DNA of 62,658 bases, filler included, from Asterionella formosa (taxonomy: Eukaryota): the NCBI GenBank assembly GCA_002256025.1. It is 8 parts of 8 records of this genome, joined end to end, with 100 filler letters (N's around TTAATTAATTAA, not from the genome) between each part and the next. Parts side by side here need not be neighbours in the genome. Positions count along the whole stretch, not along the records: positions 26,306 to 52,509 come from NKIB01001812.1; 7 more parts are not named here. The stretch is one strand, 5' to 3'. The position numbers were made by a program, and so were the translations under genes. The notes beneath the pieces were generated by a model. That model had not been told where the DNA came from and made no database searches. It saw nothing but the letters and a program-made list of their open reading frames with translations. Numbering within the stretch: position 1 is the stretch's first letter; the number at the start of each line of letters is the position of its first letter. This document shows, piece by piece, positions 36,484-47,404 of this stretch.

Positions 36484-36913
36484 GGTGGTTTGGCAAAAGT
36501 TAAGTTAACACGTAGTTTGTTAAAACAACAAAATCATTGTGATCTGCTACTAATGACAGCACTTCTAAGTACTATTGGAGACAATCAATGCTTGTGATGC
36601 ACGGCATACCTAGATACCATAATATTGCTTTTATGAATTTAATTGGCACGATAATAAGCCTGGCTGACGAGTTACTTTTACGTCTATGTCTTTTATCAGC
36701 ACCTTTAAGGTTCCTGCATTTCAACTCTAGTTAAGAGGTAGGGTTAACAAAACATATTGAGTCAAAGTACTCAAACAAACACTTTTAACAAATAAAACAT
36801 AAATGTATATTGCTAAACCGAGCTTTCACCAATACGCACCCTTTCCATATGCTTAGATACAGTCTTATGACAAAGTAGGGGTATAGGTCAACGCTATATA
36901 TCGTCAGGATATA

Positions 36914-37263
36914 GGATCTGTCGAGAAAGTGCAGAAAGGAACACGGTTTTTTAAACTATGCTGAGAATAGTGGATTTTACCGGGCCAACTCGTTTTTTCG
37001 GCCTAATAAAAAACCAGAAGTTCCTTTCTGCACTTTCTCGCCGAAAGTTAACTTCTGGGGCTTTATGAAGATTACGTTTATACTTAACTTGTCTTCTTTA
37101 AACCCTGCCAACGTTGAGCTATCGTTGTTCAAAAATTCGACAATATTGGCCTATTCAACAGTCTCCAAAATGTCGGAATCAGAATCAATAATCGCCGAAA
37201 CGCATCGGAACTGAAGTCTTGTGATTCAATTTTTCGTCCTACAATGCCATCTTCTGTACAAAA
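36914..37263. mobile_element. Second copy of the GGATCTG-ended terminus, with an internal inverted copy of the TIR
   Basis: CGAGAAAGTGCAGAAAGGAA (36922-36941) inverted at 37021-37040; 37043-37263 matches 20329-20535. Confidence 0.65.
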
Positions 37264-37450
37264 CGTTCCATCACCCATTATCGGGCGTTACAACGGCTCG
37301 CAACAGGGTGGCAGTGGTTATGGAGCAGGGGGCAGTAGAACGCCACAACATGACGAAGTTCCATGGATCATGAATGGAAAGAAAACTTTGCTGCATTCTG
37401 GTGGTACTATTGGACTTGGAAAACAGCGAGGAAGGTTGTATCCTGCGTAT

Positions 37451-37845
37451 TTGTGACTTCTGGCACAACAAAACTTGCCACAACAATGAATCAAACGGTT
37501 TCGAATACAAGGAGTTGGAACGAAGAGACGTGTCAAGAACATGACACTTCTGTCCGACTTGGTCGATGAATGTCTCCCGCCTATTTGGGACTTCCGGCGC
37601 AACAAAACTTGCCACAACGACGAATCAAACGGTTTCGAATACAAGGAGTTGGAACGAAGAGACATGTCAAGAACATGACACTTCTGTCCGACTTGGTCGA
37701 TGGAGCAAAAGAAATGACACTAGCTGTTATTTGAAAATGGCTGTACTTGATTAAAAACAAATAACCATTTTGTTAGTAACTATTTATGAGTAAATAAAAA
37801 TTCTTACTTCCATCTTTCCCCATAGGAATCAAGCAAAAACGAAAC
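37451..37845. repeat. Dispersed repeat containing a ~134-bp tandem unit; second copy at 55995-56368
   Basis: Units start at 37451 and 37585; shared tail ends ..GGAATCAAGCAAAAACGAAA in both copies. Confidence 0.85.
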
Positions 37846-37953
37846 TAGTGATGGAGGGATACGCTCCGTACCATTTGCTTTTGTGTTAATGGCATTTCCG
37901 AATCTTTTGCAAATAGCAACTGAGTTTTGCTCTGGAGTGGAACCAGGCAACAA

Positions 37954-38850
37954 CTACACGTGAAGTCTCAATGCACCATTGGTTAGGTGACTATCCATAG
38001 CACCAGCATGAACCATATCACCTCGCATTAAGAAGATGTACTTGAAGGGAATGCGAAGACGAAGCATCGCATGTTGGTTGACATGTTCCATGGCATGTTG
38101 CTTGAATTCCGCTTTACATTTACCTTTTCTATCTAAAACGAGGTGAGACTCAAACAACTCATATCCAATCCCCAAGGAAGGCACTTTTCGAAGTCATTGA
38201 CTACCAGTTCTGCATGCTGATAGTCAAAATTTGGCTCCTGAGGAACATTAGAGTAATTTACAGCAGTGTGCAACAATGTGCAGGTACATCTGTTGCGTCA
38301 CTTACAAGTGGTTGCAGGACAGAACCGGGAATGACCATAGAAATGTTTTTCCAAAACATGTCGATGTTGTTGGAAAATAATGTATTCGAAATCACCATCT
38401 TGTCAGTGAATTCTCCAAAGGCAATCAATGACATTACCTTGTCTGTCATTTGCCTACAGCAATCACTGCAGAGTATAGTTTTAGAACCGAATGTGTTCTT
38501 GATGAGTGAATTGGTAGCCTCATCATTTCCGAGTTGCCCCAAAAAAATTTAAAGCCCAGGTCAAGAAAAGGACAATCTTTTGTTCCGAAAAATTGGTCCG
38601 GAAGGAAAGACAAATTCAACAAAAATATGTTGGAAGATAGAGTCCCTTCAATCTGTAGCATGAAATCATCATCAATAATCAAATGAACAGTTTTTATCGC
38701 CTCTGCAACTTTTGGTAGGAAAATGTTGAGATGTTCAATGCGGTCACATTGGTTCGAAGGCCAAACCTCATCAACAAAGCTTCTAGCAAAAAAGACATTG
38801 CTATGATCAATAACAAGCAAGTTCATGCCATCCAATCTTCTTTCCACCCT
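37954..38850 (-). pseudogene. Fragmented ORF with 2OG-Fe(II)/PhyH-like dioxygenase motifs
   Basis: QEPNFDY (degenerate QxxHxD) at 38220-38240 and MRGDMVHAG..ALRLHV; several frameshifts. Confidence 0.45.
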
Positions 38851-38945
38851 TCTTTTTAATGAAAGTTGACGAATTCACTGACTCCAATCTCCTAAACATC
38901 ATGACGTCCAATAGAGGTTCAAAGCAGTTTTTAGGTGGTACCTGG

Positions 38946-39190
38946 TACCTGCAAGTTTTGCGGTAATTTTGCTGAACTAAGGATTTAGCTCTTTTTATCC
39001 TATATTGAACTGTTTATTTCAGCAAAATGACCGCATCGCGTTGTTGTACCTTCAACCTGCGGTCATTTTCCTGAAACGGATAATGTTTCAGTACCTGACA
39101 TCGACATATTTTATAACGTACAAAGAACATCTTCTATTCATAGCACGATTCAGCGAAATAAATAGCGGAATTATTCTAACTGCAAAAGCG
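38946..39190. mobile_element. One arm of the TA-CCTGCAAG TIR family
   Basis: TACCTGCAAGTTTTGCGGTAATTTTGCTGAACTAAGGA; reverse complement of 22900-23091. Confidence 0.75.
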
Positions 39191-39371
39191 AGAGGAAGGT
39201 GTGACTGATGGGACACCAACAGCAGGTGAAAGAGGGAAGTATGAGCTGCCAGTTTGTTTTTGGAACTACCGTATACTTCGTTGTCCTGGACACCAACAAA
39301 TTCCCATATAATATAAAGTTAGAATGTTTGAAAGCCCATTTGTATTCCCCTCTTTCTAGGCAAATATTTCA

Positions 39372-39676
39372 TTGTGCTACCTGCCGACAAGACCTGGGCT
39401 TCCCTAGTTTTGTTAGCTTATATGAGTCCCCAACCACCTTTCGCGAAAGGTGATTGTCTTAGCCGCAGCGTTAGGGGAAACTCCGACCGCCTAGGAAGGC
39501 GGCACAGGCTGCTTGTAGGGGGGCAACCCACTATTTCTTGCACACCAGGCAAGACCGTGCGGGACGGTATGGAGTGTGGGAGTCGAACCCAACAATTGCT
39601 TCTCAAAAAAATTGCGGGAATCGAACCTCACAACCTCAGATCAAAGGCAATGTGCTTAATCACTAAGCCATTCCCT
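39372..39676 (-). mobile_element. tRNA-derived SINE-like element nested in the pogo transposon
   Basis: Minus strand GGGAATGGCTTAGTGATTAAG..GGTTCGATTCC, second B box GGTTCGACTCC, then a GC-rich self-complementary body. Confidence 0.6.
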
Positions 39677-39820
39677 TGTAGTCACCAAACACCCAATAAT
39701 TTTCTAGACATAAACAAAGTAACGTGCTATAATTCTGATTTTTGGGGCGGAAATTGAATGACGCTACTATTATAAACTACCGGTAATATTGGTACTACCA
39801 ACGCATACTACATATTAATC

Positions 39821-40235
39821 ATGTCAACAACAAGATCAGCAACAATCAACAGCCGCCGAGATGGGGAGTTACTTGGACTGAATGCTTCCAGCAATGGGCG
39901 CTCATGTGAGCAACATGAATGCTGCGGGAAAGCGGTTAAGGCTGGCTGATGATGTGATCAGGTTCAAGCTGGCTGTTGTGGAGGATGTATTGGGCAAGCC
40001 ATTGGAGACAATCAAGGCTGTCCTCATCAAGGACAGCACGGAACTTTGCACTGTTGGGTTTCTGGGCAGAGAAGTTGCAGCATTGCCTTCACAACGGAGC
40101 AAGGACATCGACAAGTTTGCGAAGGTGCTAGAACTGTATGATGACAATGAAAATTCTATGATGAGAAAGAAGAGCAAGAGGAATGCCGGAATGGCTTCAT
40201 TCCGCTTGATGGAGGATATTCAAGGCCAGGAGTAG
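39821..40235 (+). pseudogene. Second ORF of the pogo element (Cys/His motif plus HIRAN-like region), one frameshift
   Basis: Removing the GGCT duplication at 39940-39947 joins GRSCEQHECCGKAVKA to DDVIRFKL..ETIKAVLIKDSTELCTVGFLGRE. Confidence 0.6.
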
Positions 40236-40538
40236 ATTCGATTGTAGCAGTCCTCAATAACGATATAGAAATGCATTCTATGCTATAAATTATAATATTG
40301 TAGAACAGTAAATAGACTCTAGAGTCATTTCCTTTAGCATTTATAGTGATTCACGTCAACTGTAGTTCTACTAGCTTCAACACGAGAAATCGAATTGTAA
40401 ATCACGACTTGAGCTGTTTAACATTAATGCTATGGAATTGCTTCTACAAATCAATAATATAACAATGGAGCATGCTTAAACAGACTATAAAGTTTTATTT
40501 CTAGTCACATGCTACACTTTTTGAATAAAATAGAGTCA

Positions 40539-41732
40539 TCAATCGCTTGCAATGTAACCAACCGCATTCCAAGTGTTCAAAATTGTTGATTGTGACACCC
40601 TCAGCCAAGCTGTCCAAACCCACTGAGCGACATCCTGTCACTTCACCTTCGTACCATGAGGATGGGCGACCATCCAGTCCTCATAGGCATTCCTAACAAA
40701 ACCCTTAAAGGGCTTATTTACTCCAACGTCCAAAACTTGAAGTTTTGATGTGTAGCCACCACAAATGAAGTCCACAGCAGTGCCACAATCCTTAATTGCA
40801 TTGAGGCTCGTCGCCATCAAATGCACCTGGAACTCGTCCATCAGGAGGTAGCTTGGTTGAGAATCATGGCTGATTGTCTATGATTTCCAGACTTCCCGAA
40901 TCCAAAGCGCAAACACCGACTCATCGACCCACCACGACGCCTTTGCCTGACAACAATAAACCAACTGTGGGGGATAAGCAAACTGTTGATTTTTAAATTC
41001 TAGCTGGATACTGGCATCATGTAATCCTTTGAAAATAACAAGAGGAGCAAGCTTCTCTCCAGACATGGTAACACCCAACAACACTGTGCAACGCATGCTG
41101 CTGCCTTTGGTGCGTAAACTGATGGTTTTTGCACCTTTATCAGCTAGCGTGAGCCCGCCTGCCATATCGAAATAAATGTTTGTCTCATCTATATTTACGA
41201 TACTAGCACGATGATATGACCCTTGAAGAAACTTTGCATTTATGTACTGGAGATACTCCTGCATGACACTCAGTACATAGCGCGTGTTTTGTGCCTTGTG
41301 GGTGATACAACGATACATGATGTTTTGGGATGTGCACCAATGAGCTACATGCTGTTGAATAACGCTCAAGCTAACAACATGTCCCGACAAGCGCTTCAGC
41401 TCAGCAGCAAGCAACATGATCGAACAAGCGCGATCATCACCACGAAGCTGATCATACAAGAGACGAATCGCCACGAATTCAGTTGCACTATTGGTGCTAC
41501 ACGACTTGCCTAAATGAAAAGTTTATTTTTTCAGTAGAAGACGACCCTCATCCGACAATAAACCTTCTACATCAGAATAAGGATTGTCGAAATCATGAAA
41601 GTTAGCTTTCCAGCGCCGAATATTGCTGGTGCCGATGCCATACTTACGTGCAACAGCCTTGATGATGCGGGGGAGTTCCCATGCTTCATCCACGATGTCG
41701 CGCTTTTCTTGCAAGGTGAAGAACTTTCTCAT
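40539..41732 (-). pseudogene. pogo DDE_1 transposase pseudogene
   Basis: HTH MRKFFTLQEKRDIV..ARKYGIGTSNIRRWK; IVNIDET; LMDEFQVH; GGYTSKLQVLDVGVNKPFK; broken by stops and frameshifts. Confidence 0.9.
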
Positions 41733-43027
41733 TTTTCACTTTTCGGAAACAGTGATCATATTAATAAATATGAGAAAAATGCGCGCCATCCTGTAGAACT
41801 AATAAAATTAACTTAGGACTAGTATAAGGGAAATCTCTTCGTTGTCCTGGACCCCCCTTAAGTAAAATCAGTCAAATTCAGTCACGGCAGTGTACATTGG
41901 GGGGGGTCCAGGACAATGAAGTATACGGTATATACTTGGGTTGTACTCCCAGCAAATCGAGATGCAATGTCGCCTAGTTTTGAAACTAAGGTGGATGACA
42001 TTAGCCAGTCGACTCTCGTCTTGAAGGAGTTTTGACTCCTGACTACTAGTATTTTGGTGGAAGGAGGAGTGACAAGTATACAGAATGATGATTTGGAGTC
42101 CAGAAGTGCCTCAAATGTGGTGTTTAAAGAAGTTTTCAACAATTAAAAAGTTGATGAACCAACAGAAATGATGCAGGATGTGCATCAAAGAGGTAGGAGG
42201 GAGCGAGGGAGCAATTCTGTCAGTATTGTAGTCTTTCTGTTACACCAAAAACTATTTGTTCTTTGGTAGTAGCTAGGAATGCAAAAAGTTGGAATTAGGT
42301 TTGTAAGGTGAGTAAAAATGTTACAAGGGTTGAGCAGGATAGAGTAAGAACAGTGGAGTATCATTGTTGCTTAGTGGCAAAGCGTTGTGTGGGATGTGAT
42401 GACTGCCCTACTTTGAGCTGCGTTCTTTTCACTGCCACATTGCAAATTGACAAAATGTATGAGGTATGATTTATTCCAGATAGAACAGTGCCACAGATTA
42501 GATTGCCAATCCATTGATATCTGCTGATCATCACACTGGTGGTCATACACAGCTATGGTAGGTACCTGGTGGTACTCTAAATACATACAATGGTCTATTC
42601 CCGCATACACATAGCTACCTGGTACCAGGTGCCCTGGTAACCAGTCGATAGGAGCGAATGGTACTACCAGTAGGTTGCTGGCTCAGCTGTTGGTTTTGAT
42701 GGGATACTATGGAGGGGCTAAATGTTGGTCTAACTGTCAAAAAGGCATGGGCTGACCTGTTTAAGAATATTTCAGCCAAGGTGTGGTGGGATCAGCTTTT
42801 GGAATCCATGTGGGCTATTGAGTGCTGGGCTGACCTGTTGGTCTAGTTGTGGTTGTTGGTTTTGAGTTTTCAGTGTACACTCCCAACTTGCTTCACTATT
42901 AGCTTTACTTGATGAAGAATATATACAATTATAAAACCATATACAGTAAGCTTTTGCTACCGATTTGGAATACCAATCTGGCACTGCCAATTTGGTGACA
43001 CCTATTTGGAAATACCGATCTGGCACT

Positions 43028-44492
43028 GGGCGCGCTCTGATGTTACAAAATTATTATATTATGTGCGTATTATAACACAAATTATTATGGCGATTTGATA
43101 CATAATAACGTCGTTGCGCTCTGATAATCAAGATATTTTAGATTAGTCATCTGACATTTTAAATGAATGTAACTTTAATTTATAACATTTATAGTTTCAT
43201 AGCGATGCATCTCTTGCGTGTTATCCGGCCTCTTGTTCCTTGTTCCTTGTCCACATGAGTTCCATAATTTCACCAGTGTCAGTCACTGACCAGCATATCG
43301 GCTTACCTCGTCTCTTCATCTCCTGATGACAAGGATGATGCCATGAGTGAACTTAAAACATGAGACAGAGAAATAGAAATTACAGCTTTTCTCAAGAAGC
43401 AAGGCAGCCTTTGATCGTCAAATCAGGCCAAAAGAACTTTCACGACGAGGTATGGCTCTCAAACAACAACTTTTCAATCCAAAATGAAGGCAGTCAGAGG
43501 AACTTGCATCGTTTGTTTGCCCATGCCATGGACTGAGCCCATCCTATCATTGCCGCTTTTCAACGACTAGTTCTTATCAATCCCCATGGGAATGGAGGTG
43601 AAATCAATCAAGTTTTCGATGAAATTAAATATCAATTTCATCGAAGGCGAGAGCGATTGGCAGCAAGCCCACCTTATTCCCGACTTTCAACGACAAGATC
43701 GTATCAATTCCCATGGGGATGGAGGTGAAATCAATCCAGTCTTGATGACATTGAAAATCAATTTCAACAGCTGCGAGAGAAATTGGCAGCAAATCCAAAT
43801 GTATTGCAGCTTGTAGATGGAGACAATCATGAGGCACCAGCAGAGAAACTCAGTGGACTGCGTTTTTTCTGGAAAATAAGTTCCATGCTACAGATGCCAT
43901 TGTACAAAGGATGCCACAGTAACAAAGGTCTGTAGTGAACACAATATCCTCATTTACAAGCACAGCAAATGTTTTTTAGTTTATGGCAGTGTTGACAATG
44001 TAGTGACATACAAGCTGACAAACAAATGTATAGATTGATATAATGTGCTCTGTTTCTTCATTTCGCCTTAAAAGCATCAATTGTCAGTGCAGACATTGCA
44101 CTTGAATTAATAGTGGCTGCGACCTCTAAGATTGTCGTATTGCAGGTGGATTGTGAGCAAGAAGACATGATCACAACAAAACGGAAGCAGACGATTGATG
44201 ATACCTTTAGGATGATTGATGTGTATATGTATATGCATACCGACATCCTTTTTTTGGTAAGAGCAAGCCATTTCGGGTATGAGCAAGCAAGTCTTGAAAT
44301 GTTCCAGGAAATTATATGTAGTCTTTCATGCCTATGCATCTTATAAAATGCACTGTTATTTATAACTGTAAAAAATTTGTGTTTGTGTTGACCAAATTTG
44401 GTCAACACAAACACAAATTTTGGGGTTATGGGTAAAACGATTTGTGTTATAATACACATAATGTAATAATTTTTTAACATCAGAGCGCGCCC
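43028..44492. mobile_element. Non-autonomous PIF/Harbinger-superfamily-like element with 3-bp ACT target duplication
   Basis: TIRs GGGCGCGCTCTGATGTTA / TAACATCAGAGCGCGCCC; ACT at 43025-27 and 44493-95; internal ~127-bp duplication (43560 and 43687). Confidence 0.8.
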
Positions 44493-45329
44493 ACTACCAA
44501 TTGGGAGGTACCAATTGGGAGTTTTATAGCTAGGTGACATCACTGAATATGTCATGATAACCTTTATGTAGAAATTTATGCCCCAGAAGTTTGAGAGGCT
44601 TGATACCAATTCGGGTCCAAATTGGTAGTAATTGCTACCAATTGGGGAATATATGCATCCATTTGGCGCCAAGTTGGGGTCAGAAGTTCCGTGGTCAAGC
44701 AAACAAACTTCTGGGATGTCAAAATGTGTTGCCCCCAACAAGAATTCAGCTTTCCAAATTGGGTACTTTTTGGCACCTGTGTATACATATTAGATAATAA
44801 TATATTGAAATTATACAATCATATGATCATCATCATAAGGTGCAACACATGAATATGATGTTTTCAATTTGCAGAAGAACATCAACAACCAGTTCATTTA
44901 CATTATCTGGTTGTTAGGGTTGCAAATGAGGATGTGGTCAAAACAACTGATGAAGACAGCTTTGTTCAGGTTGTTAGGTGTACAAACGTGGTGAAAAGAA
45001 CTCAAGTAGAGTAGGCGAGCTGTATATAATGCAACAATACTGACAGTGGGAGACTGCTGACAGACAGGCAGTCACGGACACATCACAAACTTTTGGTAGT
45101 TATGAATAACAAAATAAGGCATGGGAATGATGACACAAGGCATTCCATAAGTTAGGAAAGAAAATTTATTGTTCACTCAGTAACAGGAATACGATCATGA
45201 CATTTCATGCTGACCAGTGCAAAGTGTAGCTTCAAGGTACTACAAATAAATGGTTATATATAAGAAAAATATTTGCTGATAAATTTCAACCACTAGTACT
45301 ACGCTTTGCCTAAAACCATATTCAGAAAA

Positions 45330-46607
45330 CTACTGTGTCCAAAGCCCACTATCAATGCAGCGTTTCATATGCATCTCTGCTTCTTCTGGTGGCATTGCTA
45401 GAAGGACAGTCTTCAGCTGATCAACATCTCGACTTTCAAACGCTTGTTGCATTTCAATTGGCAATGACTCAATGACTTCCAATGGATCCAACCCACCTGG
45501 CCCAAGCCTTTCTTCCTTTGGAATATCCACCAAATCTACTGTCTCCTTTCCTTTGGCAGCTTCGGCATTGTCGATTTCAATCTTCTTTGTGATGGCCCTG
45601 GCAATAATTTTTTCGACAAATGCATTGCAGCCCTCCATAAAGCCAACTTGGAATTCCTGAGCTTCCATGCGTTGGAAGAAGGGAATCACAACATTTCCCG
45701 GATGAGCATTCAACGATTTGGCCAACTCGGCAATGTTGCTAATAATTTGCGACTGCCGCGCTACCAACTTCATTTTTTGCCGATAGCCATTCATCTCATC
45801 TTCCAACGACGCCAACAAGAGATAGTTGGACGCGTTTTCTTGCAACAAGATTTCACCATTCTGAAGCAAGAAATCCTTTGTTTCTTCCATTGATTCAATC
45901 CTCATGAAATCTTCCACCAAGTCCGCGTACTTGACAGTGAATTCGTGGTAGGTGTCCATAGCTTGGGGTTCGCTGCATTCCGCTTTGGGCCCATACTTAG
46001 TGATTGTTTTAGCAGTCGCAGTCTTTGATGGTTCCTTTGTGGTCTTGACAGGTTCGATGTATGCCTCCACAGCAGGATCTGATTCCGTCTTCTCGGTGGC
46101 TCCTGCCTTCAGGTCTTCCTTTGGTGCTGCATAGCCCGATGGAGTAAAGTCCCGCTTCCCGGCATTGGCACTGATAATAGTCTTTTCCTCGACCACATGA
46201 CACAAGTTGTCGACGTTCCATTTCTTATGCTTTTCGTATTCCTCCAATTTCGCTTGATGTGCCGCATTGAGAGCTCTCATCTCCTTGAGCTCGGCTTCGA
46301 GCCCTTCGGTATCATCTAAGTCCCCCTCGTCGTCGCTGTCGTCTCCGTCGCGTGTCACATCTCGAATGTGCAGTTTGCCATCCTGAATCTTCTTCAAGTC
46401 ATGCTCCAGCACTTTGATGCGCTGCTCGTTCTTTTGCATCTCGCCCAAGATGCGCACCCTGTCCTTTTCTTCCGTTTCTTCCCGTTCCACGCGACTGCGA
46501 TGCTTCATACGAAACCATGACTCCCGGTCAATGTTTGGATGTACGTCTTCATCGTCGTCGCTCAGTTCAATGTGGTCCCATTTGGAGTAATCAAACCCTT
46601 TGCTCAT
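45330..46607 (-). CDS. CDC37: Hsp90 co-chaperone Cdc37
   Basis: MSKGFDYSKWDHIELSDDDEDVHPNIDRESWFRMKH; RLGPGGLDPLEVIESLP..RCIDSGLW. Confidence 0.96.
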   Translation of the reverse strand: MSKGFDYSKWDHIELSDDDEDVHPNIDRESWFRMKHRSRVEREETEEKDRVRILGEMQKNEQRIKVLEHDLKKIQDGKLHIRDVTRDGDDSDDEGDLDDTEGLEAELKEMRALNAAHQAKLEEYEKHKKWNVDNLCHVVEEKTIISANAGKRDFTPSGYAAPKEDLKAGATEKTESDPAVEAYIEPVKTTKEPSKTATAKTITKYGPKAECSEPQAMDTYHEFTVKYADLVEDFMRIESMEETKDFLLQNGEILLQENASNYLLLASLEDEMNGYRQKMKLVARQSQIISNIAELAKSLNAHPGNVVIPFFQRMEAQEFQVGFMEGCNAFVEKIIARAITKKIEIDNAEAAKGKETVDLVDIPKEERLGPGGLDPLEVIESLPIEMQQAFESRDVDQLKTVLLAMPPEEAEMHMKRCIDSGLWTQ

Positions 46608-47404
46608 CTTGTTGTAATGTTGACAGCGTTGATGGTTGCAGAGCCCAGAAGTAAACTGCCGGGCGATAGAATGGTGCAAGTGTGAGTGATGTTTAGCACC
46701 AAGGTCTCTCGTCAGAAAAATGGGCCAATCGATTGATACTACACATGATTCCTCATTGTTATTAGTTAGACTATGTATGACTGCCATGTTCAGTATAAAT
46801 ATTAGTAATGTTGCGGCACTGTTGAAGAACCCTATCTATCGTATGTACCACGGCGGAGCTATGTGTGGGCGGGTACTCTACCTTGTACCAGGTACCGGTA
46901 GACTACCGGTATAACTATTAACTAATAATCTACGATAGGGTTTGCTTTCACAAAAAATACCGGTACCGGCATTACAGCACATACCGGTACATATGTACAC
47001 CGGTGCGACGCACCGGCAAGTGCCGCTACCTGGTACCAGTACTAAGGGGATACCATGTACACCAGTACCGCCACCAGAGCAAGCAACAACGATTGCATTC
47101 TGTTGCGTTTGTACGTATTCAACTGTACCGGTACCTGGTACTGTCTGTATTATGTTCGTACTGGTAGTCTACATCCTGGGAATAATATAGCCGCTGTTAT
47201 GTAGTATGCATTCATTCACATACATGCATACGTACGTGCTGAATGTAGAATTAGAAATTCCGTTCCTGATCAGTTCCCGACCCTCGCAGATTCATTTTAA
47301 AAACAAGAATTGAACTTTTTTTCATCATACGAGATGAATTTCAATTAACCATTTGCAACAACATCGTCGTCAGTCAAGATTCTGTTGGATGAAAAAGTGT
47401 AGAA

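Larger units (their letters stand above)
39269..41928 (-). mobile_element. Full-ended pogo-family (Tc1/mariner superfamily) DNA transposon, inactive
   Basis: TIRs CCGTATACTTCGTTGTCCTGGAC / GTCCAGGACAATGAAGTATACGG, each flanked by TA (39267-68, 41929-30); contains a DDE_1 transposase. Confidence 0.9.
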
